Assembly (NCBI GenBank): GCA_016204995.1
Contig: JACQJR010000001.1
Span: forward strand, 305,132-369,131
Direction: 5' to 3'
From: Candidatus Microgenomates bacterium
Lineage (GTDB): Bacteria > Patescibacteriota > Microgenomatia > UBA8517 > JACQJR01
Length of the DNA: 64,000 nt
The notes under the pieces are model-generated. The model ran no database searches. It was not told the DNA's origin and worked only from the letters and a program-made list of their open reading frames with translations. Position 1 is the stretch's first letter. Each line of letters opens with the position of its first letter. The translations under genes and the position numbers were made by a program. Shown in pieces: positions 39,676 to 49,033 of this stretch.

Positions 39676-40653
39676 TTAGCCTAGCAATTTCCAGTCTTTG
39701 GCAAATTCAAAAAAGGTCTCCTTAAACACCAACAAGAGAGGCACGGCCAAAGTTGCTCCCATAATTCCCCCCAGTTCTGCTCCCACTGCTAAAGCTATCA
39801 GCGTGGCTAAAGGCGGCAAACCGACTGATTTTTGCATCACCTTGGGGGCGATAAAACTGTTTTCCAACTGCTGTACTAAAAAATAAAGGGCGGCCACTGA
39901 AAAACCCATCACTGGCGAAATGGTAAAGCCGACAATTACAGCCGGAACAGCAGACACAATCGGGCCGACAGTAGGCACAATCTCCAGAAGGCCCGCTAAA
40001 AGAGCCAAGGGCAAGGCAAAATGCATGCCTAGAAGCCTTAAACCAATGTAGGTAATCAGGCCGATAATCGTCATCAAAATTAATTCTCCCCTGACCCAAC
40101 TACCCAATCTTTTCTCTGTTCGGCCAATGAATAGTTTAACCCTCTCTTCGTTACGGCCAAATAAGTGCAGTAGACGAGTATCCAGACTGCCGCGCTCCAA
40201 AAGGATATAAAAACTCAAGACCAAGACGATAAAAACCGACACAATGTTGCTAAAAAGCGAAACCGTAAATTGCAAAACATTAGCCGGCAGTTTGCCAATG
40301 TTGGCTAATTGTTCTGATAATACTTTCTGGTCTATGCCCGCGCCGCCCAGAGTGGTTAGATAGTCTGGTAAACGAGCCGCCAGCAGTGATGTTTGATCTA
40401 CCAGGGGTGGAATCAAACTGGCCGCCACTCCCAAAATAGACCCAATTAGCAAAAGGTAGACTAATAAAATGGCTAAAGCTCGTGGCAATCTTAATCTGGT
40501 TAATTGATTAACTAAAGGATTAAGAGCGGTCGCCAGTAAAAAGGCAATAAATAGCGCCAAAGCTACACTCTTGATTTGCCACACCACCCATAAACCAATC
40601 AGAAAAAAGACGGTAAAGATAATGGTGCGATGAGAGATTTCAATAGTTTTCAT
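39676..40653 (-). CDS. AI-2E family transporter
   Basis: LEIVPTVGP, QQLENSFIAPKVM, GATLAVP. Confidence 0.93.
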   Translation of the reverse strand: MKTIEISHRTIIFTVFFLIGLWVVWQIKSVALALFIAFLLATALNPLVNQLTRLRLPRALAILLVYLLLIGSILGVAASLIPPLVDQTSLLAARLPDYLTTLGGAGIDQKVLSEQLANIGKLPANVLQFTVSLFSNIVSVFIVLVLSFYILLERGSLDTRLLHLFGRNEERVKLFIGRTEKRLGSWVRGELILMTIIGLITYIGLRLLGMHFALPLALLAGLLEIVPTVGPIVSAVPAVIVGFTISPVMGFSVAALYFLVQQLENSFIAPKVMQKSVGLPPLATLIALAVGAELGGIMGATLAVPLLLVFKETFFEFAKDWKLLG

Positions 40654-41618
40654 ATAGTATTATTGTACCATTTTTCTACCTTTTCCACCATTCTTTGCTC
40701 CACGTTAGACTCACTAATGTCAAACCAGACAATTTCTTTCTCTCTCTTAAACCAGGTCATTTGCCGTCTGGCATATTGCCATTCACCATTTTTAATTTTT
40801 GCAATGACTGCCTCGCGGCTCATTTTTTTCTCAAAATACGGCCGCCACTCTCTATACCCCAAAGCGCTCATCGCCTGATCTTCCCATCTGACACCATTTG
40901 CTAGCAATTTTATTACTTCTTTTTCCAAACCTTCCTTAATCCATTGATCAACTCTGCTGTTAATACGCACCTTGAGTATCTCCGGTTTGGCCATCAAACC
41001 TATCATTATTACATCTAAATTATCCCATTCCGAATTAATCTTTTTTGGTAAATCCGACTGGGCAATCTCAATTTTACGCAACAGGCGAACTTTGTTTTTT
41101 CTATCTGAAGAATTCAAACGACCAACCACCTCTGGGTCCAGATGAAATAAAATATCAAGCAGTTCTACGGTGGATTTATTCTCGTAAGCTTGACGTAGCT
41201 CGCGATTAGGCGGAACACCCAAAGTGTCAATGCCGCTCGTTACTGCTTTAATATATAAACCAGTTCCACCAACTAAAATAGGTAGTTTGTCTTTTTGCCA
41301 AATGCCCGTGATCACTTGATGAGCAAGCTCATGATAACCAGCCACTGAAAAATTTTCCCTTGGACTGACAACGTCTAATAACCACACTGGAATATTATTC
41401 CAGAAATAGCATCCAATTCTTCTATTCCTAAATTTGAAATTTGAAATTTGAAATTTGAAATTGACTGGTAAATCCTTACCAGTCGCTATATCCATACCCC
41501 TATAAACCTGCCGAGAATCAGCCGAGACTATTTCGCCATTAAATTGTTGAGCTAGTTTTACCCCGACTTGAGTTTTACCAGTAGCTGTCGGCCCGCAGAT
41601 TATTAGTAGCTTCTTCAT
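40650..41618 (-). CDS. miaA: tRNA dimethylallyltransferase
   Basis: GPTATGKT, SADSRQVYRGMDIATGK, VGGTGLY, YARRQMTWF. Confidence 0.97.
   Translation of the reverse strand: MKKLLIICGPTATGKTQVGVKLAQQFNGEIVSADSRQVYRGMDIATGKDLPVNFKFQISNFKFRNRRIGCYFWNNIPVWLLDVVSPRENFSVAGYHELAHQVITGIWQKDKLPILVGGTGLYIKAVTSGIDTLGVPPNRELRQAYENKSTVELLDILFHLDPEVVGRLNSSDRKNKVRLLRKIEIAQSDLPKKINSEWDNLDVIMIGLMAKPEILKVRINSRVDQWIKEGLEKEVIKLLANGVRWEDQAMSALGYREWRPYFEKKMSREAVIAKIKNGEWQYARRQMTWFKREKEIVWFDISESNVEQRMVEKVEKWYNNTI
41430..41462 (-). repeat. In-frame heptamer array in miaA
   Basis: (aaatttg)x4 + aaatt; encodes NFKFQISNFKF. Confidence 0.95.
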
Positions 41619-41663
41619 GGTATAATTAAAGCATAGCCAGGCTTAAAGAACAAAAAGTACTGT

Positions 41664-41939
41664 ATGAATAATTATTTAGGCTTTGATCCTCTTGTTTTTC
41701 TAGGGATATCTAACATAAAGGCTGAAGATAAAGAAAATTTAAACCACGAAATTTTTAATAGCTTATCCCAATATTTAGTAATTCGCCTAGCAGAATTGCT
41801 GCCCACCCAAGAATTGGAAAAAACCAATGATATTACCGAATTATTTGCTTTGGCAGAAAAAACTATTCCCGATTTTAAAGATAAAATAAAATCTTTTCTG
41901 ACGGACTTTAAGCAGGAATTTAACAGTAAAAAAAATTAA
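41664..41939 (+). CDS. Small helical hypothetical protein
   Basis: 91-aa ORF. Confidence 0.6.
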   Translation: MNNYLGFDPLVFLGISNIKAEDKENLNHEIFNSLSQYLVIRLAELLPTQELEKTNDITELFALAEKTIPDFKDKIKSFLTDFKQEFNSKKN

Positions 41940-41942
41940 AAT

Positions 41943-43214
41943 ATGGAAGATAGCGGCCTGGAAGTACCAACACAAGAACAAGGCATTGAGACTCCATCTG
42001 GGGTAGAAAATCATGCGAATATTGCTGACAGTGTTACAGAACAACGCTTCCAAAAACTATCAGATGATAAAAAGGAAAATGTTAAAAAAATTATTGGCGG
42101 CGGAAGACTTGTCAGGCTCTTAGCTATCGCCACCCTGTTGGTTTCGATCGGCTGCGGCAATGTTGAGAAACCCACTCTTAATTATCCTCCAGTTGTAACA
42201 CCTGTTATCCGATCAGAAATTCCACCTGTGGCTACTCCTACACCTGAAAAACCACCATTGCCGCCGGATATTATTCCCGAGAACGAACTTGCGCAAAAAT
42301 ACAATACCAGAGTTTGGAATACTCCGGATATCAAGTTGCACATCAGACGAGAAGCCGTTAACAATGAACCACAGCTCCAGGATCTGGCGGCGGGAAAATT
42401 TGGAGGAGGACTGGACATAGTCTTACTTGATGGACCCTTTATACATAGTTCATTTTTGAGCCCCGAACAACGAGCTAATCTGCCCGGATTGGTAACCATC
42501 CTTGAACCTAAAGAAAAAATGGTTGAAGAAGAAAGAAGGAATAACTTTGAAAAAAATAAACCGGATGTTATACGAGCTATACAAACAGAAACTGAGGCAC
42601 TTGAAAACAAGTTAAAAAATGGCAAAATTGATCAGGATTACTTTAACGTCCAAAAGGAATTGCTGAAGGAACAATTCAAACCTTATTTGGAAGGACCCAC
42701 GACATATGACTTAATAGGAAATAGATATGCGGGTATGTATTTGGTTAATATGGAATATAAACAAGATCCTCTTGCCAGCCTTTTGAAAGTTGAGACCGCG
42801 CAACAGAAGCCTGTTTTGAAAGTATATATTCTACTAGCGGTGGGTAAATCAGTTATTAACGAAAAAACTATTCAGAGTGGACAAGTAAGAGCTAGTGTAA
42901 GCAGCGGTTTTGGAGTTTCACAGCTTAGAGTTGAACAATCATATCCTAATCCAGGTAAGTATATTATATCAACAGGATTGGAAGGCGATCAGTATCCGGT
43001 GGGTGCACAGAGTCAAGGCTTTACCCTGCGACATGAATTTGCCCATAGAGTAGCGGATCATCCGCAAACAGACTGGGTAGCTCTGGAAAAAATCAAACAG
43101 GCCTATGATGCTTATCAAAAAGGAGACGACAGTGGTTATTATTTTGTCTTTGAAACCCCGGAAGGAAATGTAACTACCGCCGTTCACCAACCCATACAAA
43201 ATCCAGCAATCTGA
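41943..43214 (+). CDS. Membrane-anchored hypothetical protein with an HExxH motif
   Basis: TM/lipobox-like LLVSIGC, Pro-rich linker, LRHEFAH near the C-terminus. Confidence 0.65.
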   Translation: MEDSGLEVPTQEQGIETPSGVENHANIADSVTEQRFQKLSDDKKENVKKIIGGGRLVRLLAIATLLVSIGCGNVEKPTLNYPPVVTPVIRSEIPPVATPTPEKPPLPPDIIPENELAQKYNTRVWNTPDIKLHIRREAVNNEPQLQDLAAGKFGGGLDIVLLDGPFIHSSFLSPEQRANLPGLVTILEPKEKMVEEERRNNFEKNKPDVIRAIQTETEALENKLKNGKIDQDYFNVQKELLKEQFKPYLEGPTTYDLIGNRYAGMYLVNMEYKQDPLASLLKVETAQQKPVLKVYILLAVGKSVINEKTIQSGQVRASVSSGFGVSQLRVEQSYPNPGKYIISTGLEGDQYPVGAQSQGFTLRHEFAHRVADHPQTDWVALEKIKQAYDAYQKGDDSGYYFVFETPEGNVTTAVHQPIQNPAI

Positions 43215-43238
43215 AATCAAATAGCGTATAATACAAAC

Positions 43239-43652
43239 ATGACTGAGGCTCAAGAACAACTAAACCTACAAGCACAAATCATTGAACGGGTAAAACAGCT
43301 GGTGGAAGAAAGTAAGCTGGCAGGCTATTCAGTAGATTTTTCTCACTTTTCCCCTCAAGACCCAGAAATAGCTTTTAGAATTTTAGGGCCAATTCAAAAT
43401 ATGAGATTAATATTATCTGATAGAGATGACGGCAGTGTTCAATTACAAATACATAATCAATATCCTACTAAAGAAGTGCAAGTTATCTATTTAGAACTTC
43501 CATCAAAAGGGCCACAATCCTTCACTGAATACAAGGTAGTCTATAACCAGAGAAACGAAAGTATGTATACCACACCCACTCCAATTTCCGCTGGCGTCAG
43601 AGAAGAAACTTTACAAACCTTTAACGATCTTTTGGATCGGATAAAATCTTAA
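43239..43652 (+). CDS. Hypothetical protein
   Basis: 137 aa; TATAAT 6 nt before the ATG. Confidence 0.65.
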   Translation: MTEAQEQLNLQAQIIERVKQLVEESKLAGYSVDFSHFSPQDPEIAFRILGPIQNMRLILSDRDDGSVQLQIHNQYPTKEVQVIYLELPSKGPQSFTEYKVVYNQRNESMYTTPTPISAGVREETLQTFNDLLDRIKS

Positions 43653-44668
43653 TCAAAAAGAGATACTAATCGTTTTAATTCTTTCCTGGCTGCTTCAACT
43701 ATCAAAGGTGTTTGCAATTTATCAGCATCAAGCATATACCGATCCACCATTAAAGCTGGCACTGCTCTTTCTAAAAGAGCTAAATCAATTAAATGTTTTC
43801 CACCGTGATGTTTTTTAACTTCTGCCAGATTATAAATTTTAGATAGCCACTTTTGTCTTTCTGCTTCCAGCATTTCCGATGTTAAATTTTCTACCCCTCC
43901 CATCCCCAACATCCGCCAGTGATAGCCAAAAACGGCATCATAAAAAGGATTTTTCCAACCCCAAAATAAATTGGAAAAAAGGACCGCTTCTCCGCTGGCA
44001 GTCACAATTAAATCCCCTGGTTGAAAATGGCCATGGACAAATTCCAGATCATCCACTGTCGTATTATCTTCTATAATCTTAATCGCCTTTTCGGTCAACT
44101 CTTTATCTGTCGACAAACCTAAGTGATCTCTTTTAACTTCTTCTGCTACTGCCGCCTGCCAGTTGGAAACGCGCTCACGGTAATTATATTCCTGTGGTTT
44201 AGCAACCCAGGGAAAATTCCGGCAATTTGCTCTGTATTCCTCATATAAATTAAAAAATTGGTCAAGATCTTTGGCTGGCTGACCTTTAACCTCCTCCATA
44301 ATTATGGCTTCGTATTGTCTTATTTCATTCCAGGGCAAGTGGGCATAAATGTGCGGTGGACGGATAATTTTACTTTTGTTTTGACGGCTAAATTCGGTAA
44401 TCATCGTTGCTTCGGAAGTTGGCGGTTTTGTCCCCTGGATTTTTAAAATGGCGCGAGTTTCTTTCCCATCCTGTAATAAAATACCCGGTAAATGGACGGC
44501 TCCCACTTTACCAGTCTTCCACCAGGCGCTTTGGCGCAAAAATTCTCTTTCGGGCAGAAAACTAGTTTTTGCCGCAATATCATCCACTAATTGCCAAATT
44601 CTGGGAGCAAGATCCACACCTTCTGTTCTCATAGTAGTAACATCGTTTGCCGAATATGCCTTAGCCAC
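43649..44668 (-). CDS. APH/choline-kinase-like fold protein with an atypical catalytic loop
   Basis: AILKIQ, SEA, IIMEEVKG, FVHGHFQPGDL, PFYD. Confidence 0.7.
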   Translation of the reverse strand: MAKAYSANDVTTMRTEGVDLAPRIWQLVDDIAAKTSFLPEREFLRQSAWWKTGKVGAVHLPGILLQDGKETRAILKIQGTKPPTSEATMITEFSRQNKSKIIRPPHIYAHLPWNEIRQYEAIIMEEVKGQPAKDLDQFFNLYEEYRANCRNFPWVAKPQEYNYRERVSNWQAAVAEEVKRDHLGLSTDKELTEKAIKIIEDNTTVDDLEFVHGHFQPGDLIVTASGEAVLFSNLFWGWKNPFYDAVFGYHWRMLGMGGVENLTSEMLEAERQKWLSKIYNLAEVKKHHGGKHLIDLALLERAVPALMVDRYMLDADKLQTPLIVEAARKELKRLVSLFD

Positions 44669-44680
44669 GAGGTAATTATA

Positions 44681-44956
44681 CTACTTCTTGATAATTCGCT
44701 TGAGGGTTTTACCGGGGATAAAACGGGGAAGACGATGGGCGGGGACATGTTTTTCTACACCAGTCTTAGGCACAATTACTTTCTTGGCCTTCATCTGAAT
44801 GACGTGGAAAGTACCAAAGCCGGATAAAACTACCCGCTCACCTTTTTGCAGCTGCCGCAGAATCTCTGCCAAAAAGACGCCTACAGCTTCTTCGGCCGCT
44901 TTCTTAGTCATATGACCTTTGCGGGCTACAATATCAATCATCTGTCTTTTAGTCAT
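44681..44956 (-). CDS. hup: Histone-like DNA-binding protein HU
   Basis: MTKRQMID..LSGFGTF..PRFIPGKTLK. Confidence 0.93.
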   Translation of the reverse strand: MTKRQMIDIVARKGHMTKKAAEEAVGVFLAEILRQLQKGERVVLSGFGTFHVIQMKAKKVIVPKTGVEKHVPAHRLPRFIPGKTLKRIIKK

Positions 44957-45004
44957 CGTAGATGAGATTAATACAAACTTTCCGCCTTGTCAAGCTAAAG
45001 AGTC

Positions 45005-46486
45005 CTACTCTGTGGTGGAATTTGGGTAAACTAAATAAAATAACGGCTTACTATGCCATAATCCTAGTAAATGTGGGTCATACGTCACCACATTTTTATC
45101 CCAAGGTAAAATTTTCAGCTTGCCAGAACTAAGATCAATAATCACAAAATTTTTCTGATAATCTATACCATAGATTTTATTATTATCTAACCAACTTATC
45201 CATGGAATAGATATTTTCTTATTTAGAGTAATTCTTTGTTCTATTTGTTTTGTTTCTAAAGAAATAGTTAAAAAATCCTCATCAGTTAAAATACCAACCA
45301 TCTTTTCTGTAGAATTGAGTATCAAAGTACCATCCTTAATAGTTTTTAGATCAAAAACTATTTCCTTTTCTCCGGTTGTGATATTTTGCAGATAAAGCGT
45401 ATCGTATATTTTTTCATCACTCTTAAAACCTCCTTCAAAACCAGGCACTGTTGAAGCCAGCAAGATAGCATTTTTCTCCTTGATAGATCCAATGTAGCGT
45501 GAGTCTGGAGAACAACCTGCTCCAGTTTTGGCAATCTTTTTAGCTATGCTATTTTTATAAACAACAATTTCCCCATAGCCACCACAACCATCTCCGCCAA
45601 AAGAGGCAATTACGTCTCCAGCAGAAGACTTGAAAAGATAGTCCAAGTTGCCATAATATACTGGCTGATGTGGTCCGATAACTCGCACAGAATTGTCTTT
45701 TAAATTGACATCCTTAATGATTAATTTTTCCTCCATCCCCGAGGAGTTGTTATCCGCAGGCAAGGAAAGTGCCGGGGGTTTTTCTGTTACATAAAGATGG
45801 TCTGCTGCATCTGAAAGACTGAAATTATATATCGTTTCTCCTGTGTTTTCAGAAAATATTTCCTCCGACTTTTGGGAGGATAGGGAATACTTAACAATTT
45901 TATCCCTACTACCGATATAAATATTATCTTTCTTATCCATGATAGGAGTTAAATCTCCGAAATAATCATTTGTAGTAATTGAAAAAGAAGTTAGTTTGAC
46001 CAACTGGCCATTTTCCTCAAGACTAAATACAGCTAATTCATGGATAGGAATTGGCTCTACAAACTCACTTTCATCAATTCTCTGTAGAGAATAATGAGCA
46101 AATTGAGGTTTTAGCACAACTTTTACCAAAAAAAGTAATACTAATCCTAGAATTAAACTAGCTACTAAAGTAAATTTCAGGGTATCTTGATTCTTTTCTA
46201 TTGTTTTGTTTTCTTCCAATAAAGGCTCTTCACCTACTGCTACATTATTTTCCCCTTCCTTTTTATGAAATTTAAATGTAATTAAATACGCCACTGTCCC
46301 GGGAATAATGGCAAATAAAGCAAAAAATAATAATAAGGAAAGTAAAATATTATCCATTAGCCAGGCTGCTTTGGCATGGGAAATTTGTGAGAAAATACCG
46401 ACAAATAACAGATAGTCTAATAAAACCATTCCTATAAATGCAGCCAGGAAAATTAAAGTCTTTCTGGAAAAAAATAATTGTTTCAT
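45005..46486 (-). CDS. Membrane protein (3 TM) with a large extracytoplasmic, possibly beta-propeller domain
   Basis: 493 aa, AT-rich; GGDGCGG..GAGC. Confidence 0.65.
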   Translation of the reverse strand: MKQLFFSRKTLIFLAAFIGMVLLDYLLFVGIFSQISHAKAAWLMDNILLSLLLFFALFAIIPGTVAYLITFKFHKKEGENNVAVGEEPLLEENKTIEKNQDTLKFTLVASLILGLVLLFLVKVVLKPQFAHYSLQRIDESEFVEPIPIHELAVFSLEENGQLVKLTSFSITTNDYFGDLTPIMDKKDNIYIGSRDKIVKYSLSSQKSEEIFSENTGETIYNFSLSDAADHLYVTEKPPALSLPADNNSSGMEEKLIIKDVNLKDNSVRVIGPHQPVYYGNLDYLFKSSAGDVIASFGGDGCGGYGEIVVYKNSIAKKIAKTGAGCSPDSRYIGSIKEKNAILLASTVPGFEGGFKSDEKIYDTLYLQNITTGEKEIVFDLKTIKDGTLILNSTEKMVGILTDEDFLTISLETKQIEQRITLNKKISIPWISWLDNNKIYGIDYQKNFVIIDLSSGKLKILPWDKNVVTYDPHLLGLWHSKPLFYLVYPNSTTE

Positions 46487-46488
46487 AA

Positions 46489-46962
46489 TTAAAACTTTAG
46501 CAAAAAGATTCCCATAATGTCATTCCTATGAACAAAATTATCTTTAATATTGATCACGTCTTGCCTATTATCCCCAATAATAAAATATTTATAATTTTCT
46601 ACCTTTACCCAATCCCCAGGTGTATAAGACACAGTTTTGGTATTAGCTGGCAAATATTCTTCCAGCAACCGATACTTTTGATCATTATCGTCAAGATAAA
46701 CATTGCCTTTAGTAATTCTAATTGATTCTAAAGGTAAACCGATTACACGACCGATATGCAAACCTTGGTCGTTTTCTTTCTTATAAAGAACAACGTCTGC
46801 TCTACTAGGATTAATCGCAGCCAAGGAGCGGCGAAAGATAACTAACTGGCCATTTTTTAAAGTGGGCTCCATGGATTGACCAGCAACTTTTTTAAGATCG
46901 AGAAATGTGGAAGTAAAAACTATTAAAACTACTAAGATTAAAACATGAATTAGATATTTCAT
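46489..46962 (-). CDS. Signal peptidase I homologue lacking the catalytic Lys
   Basis: GQSMEPTL, IGRVIGLP (normally IKRVIGLP), YFIIGDNR. Confidence 0.85.
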   Translation of the reverse strand: MKYLIHVLILVVLIVFTSTFLDLKKVAGQSMEPTLKNGQLVIFRRSLAAINPSRADVVLYKKENDQGLHIGRVIGLPLESIRITKGNVYLDDNDQKYRLLEEYLPANTKTVSYTPGDWVKVENYKYFIIGDNRQDVINIKDNFVHRNDIMGIFLLKF

Positions 46963-46984
46963 CTAATTTTAAGTATAGCATCTA

Positions 46985-47701
46985 TTATTGTCTAAAATGT
47001 TTCTTGGCTACTTCTAAAAAGATGAGAGGCAGGTCTTGGCCATAATTTTTATTAGAAAATACATGGATTAAACCATCTAAGGTAGCTAGAACATGAGCAT
47101 AGGTATCTATTCTATCTGTTAATAATTCATTTCCCATCAAAGTAAAATCACAAGCAGTCAGATTAGCCATAAAATATCGCGGCCATATGTTAACCAAAGA
47201 CCCTTGATAATTATTGTCTATCAAGCGCCAATAGGGAAGTTTCCGCAAATTTGTCAAAAAATTTTGATAGGGAAAAGGCGCTGAATAAGAAGAGTGATTG
47301 TTTTTTAGCGGAACTTCTATAACTTCTCCATTTAAGTAATCAGGATGAATAACTTGGGTAGCCAGATTGGCTTTTTGGGCCAAGCGGTGCAATTTTTCCG
47401 CGTCTTGGACAATGGTACCTATTCTCTGGGGAATTGTTTTGTCATCCTCACTGGCAATCCTTTGGCGGGCTAATTCTAACATCGGTGGGGAAAACCGCTC
47501 TAGAAATTGGCTAGAAAGAGGTACTTCTACGGTAAATTCAGCACCTGTTTCATTTTCATTCGGATTACTGTCGCTCCCATAAATAATGTCCAGTTTTCTA
47601 ATGCCTTCTCTAGTTTTCTTTAAAACAAATTGATTAAGTGAATGCTTCCGCAAAGCAGAACCAGAAGCAATTATTTCCCGTCTAACCTCTTTCGTACTCA
47701 T
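46985..47701 (-). CDS. Hypothetical protein
   Basis: 238-aa ORF. Confidence 0.6.
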   Translation of the reverse strand: MSTKEVRREIIASGSALRKHSLNQFVLKKTREGIRKLDIIYGSDSNPNENETGAEFTVEVPLSSQFLERFSPPMLELARQRIASEDDKTIPQRIGTIVQDAEKLHRLAQKANLATQVIHPDYLNGEVIEVPLKNNHSSYSAPFPYQNFLTNLRKLPYWRLIDNNYQGSLVNIWPRYFMANLTACDFTLMGNELLTDRIDTYAHVLATLDGLIHVFSNKNYGQDLPLIFLEVAKKHFRQ

Positions 47702-47719
47702 AAAAATTGAGGCAGATGA

Positions 47720-48889
47720 TTACTTAGCTTTAGTGGTAGCTTCAGATCGGAGTTCTCGAATGACAGTGACTTTAATTTGGCCGGCATAGGAAACTTCATT
47801 TTCCAACTTTTTAGCAATATCATGGGCCAGGATAGTAGTTTTAGCATCATCCACCTCTTCCGGTTTAACCAAAACTCTGACTTCCCGGCCGGCTTGGAAA
47901 GCATAACCCTGTTCCACTCCCGGGAAACTTTTAACAATTTCCTCAATATGACCCATGTGCTTGGCATAATCTTCAAAAGGCTCGTAGCGGGCGCCAGGCC
48001 GGGAACCGGAGATGGCATCGGAAATCCAAACTACTACTGATTCAATGGAAGAAAAAGGTATGTCTTCATGATGTTCGGCAATGGCATTAACTACTTTTTC
48101 CGGCAATCTGAATTTTTTAGCTACATTGACTCCCAAATCAATATGATTGCCCTCTTCTTCTGATATTACTTTACCCACGTCGCACAATAAACAAGCCGTT
48201 CTAACAATATCTAAATCTGCTCCTACTTCATGAGCCAGTTGCATACCAATTTTAGTTTGTTCAATTTGATGGAAAGCTAAATTTTGACCGTAAGAAGTTC
48301 TAAAGCGGTAACGGCCAATTAACCGTAAAAGATCTAAAGGTAAATTGAAAAGTTCTACTTCATGAGCAATCTTAGTCCCTTCTTCTAATAAAATCTCCTC
48401 CATTTGTTTCTTGGTTTGGGCCACTGCTTCTTCAATTTTTTCAGGCTGAATCCGGCCGTCGCGGATTAATTTTTCCAAAGCTCTACGGGCAATTTCCCGT
48501 CTAATGGAGTCAAAAGAAGAAATTCTAATGTCATTAGTCTCATCAATTTCAATCTCACAACCCGTAGCCTGTTCAAAAGCCCGGATATTTCTGCCCTCCC
48601 GGCCAATAATCCGCCCCTTAATTTCCTCATCAGGCACTCTGACACTGGAAACAGTGTATTCAGCTACGTATGAGGTAGCCCCATGCTCCATGGCATCAAT
48701 TAAAATTTCTTGAGCTTCTTGGCTGGCCTTTAGTTTGACTTCTTCTTCAGCCGCCCGGATTCTCTTGGCTACCTCTACAGAAAGATCTTTTTCTACCTCG
48801 GAAAGGAGTTCTTTTTTAGCTTCATCGCGGGTTAAACCTGCAATTTTTTCCAGTTTGGCTAAATAATCATCACGATTGGTCTTAGGCAT
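47720..48889 (-). CDS. rny: Ribonuclease Y (no N-terminal TM; HD motif reads CD)
   Basis: KGRIIGREGRNIR KH motif, RTSYGQN, SRPGAR, QAGREVRV. Confidence 0.96.
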   Translation of the reverse strand: MPKTNRDDYLAKLEKIAGLTRDEAKKELLSEVEKDLSVEVAKRIRAAEEEVKLKASQEAQEILIDAMEHGATSYVAEYTVSSVRVPDEEIKGRIIGREGRNIRAFEQATGCEIEIDETNDIRISSFDSIRREIARRALEKLIRDGRIQPEKIEEAVAQTKKQMEEILLEEGTKIAHEVELFNLPLDLLRLIGRYRFRTSYGQNLAFHQIEQTKIGMQLAHEVGADLDIVRTACLLCDVGKVISEEEGNHIDLGVNVAKKFRLPEKVVNAIAEHHEDIPFSSIESVVVWISDAISGSRPGARYEPFEDYAKHMGHIEEIVKSFPGVEQGYAFQAGREVRVLVKPEEVDDAKTTILAHDIAKKLENEVSYAGQIKVTVIRELRSEATTKAK

Positions 48890-49033
48890 AGGTTTGGGAA
48901 AATAGAAGTGGAGTAATCAACAGAGATTACACACCCATTTACAGAGTGTGGAGGCAAAATAAGCTCTTCTGACGAAAATTCTCGTACTTCATAATTCTCC
49001 TAAATAAATTATAGCACATTAACTAATTAATCA

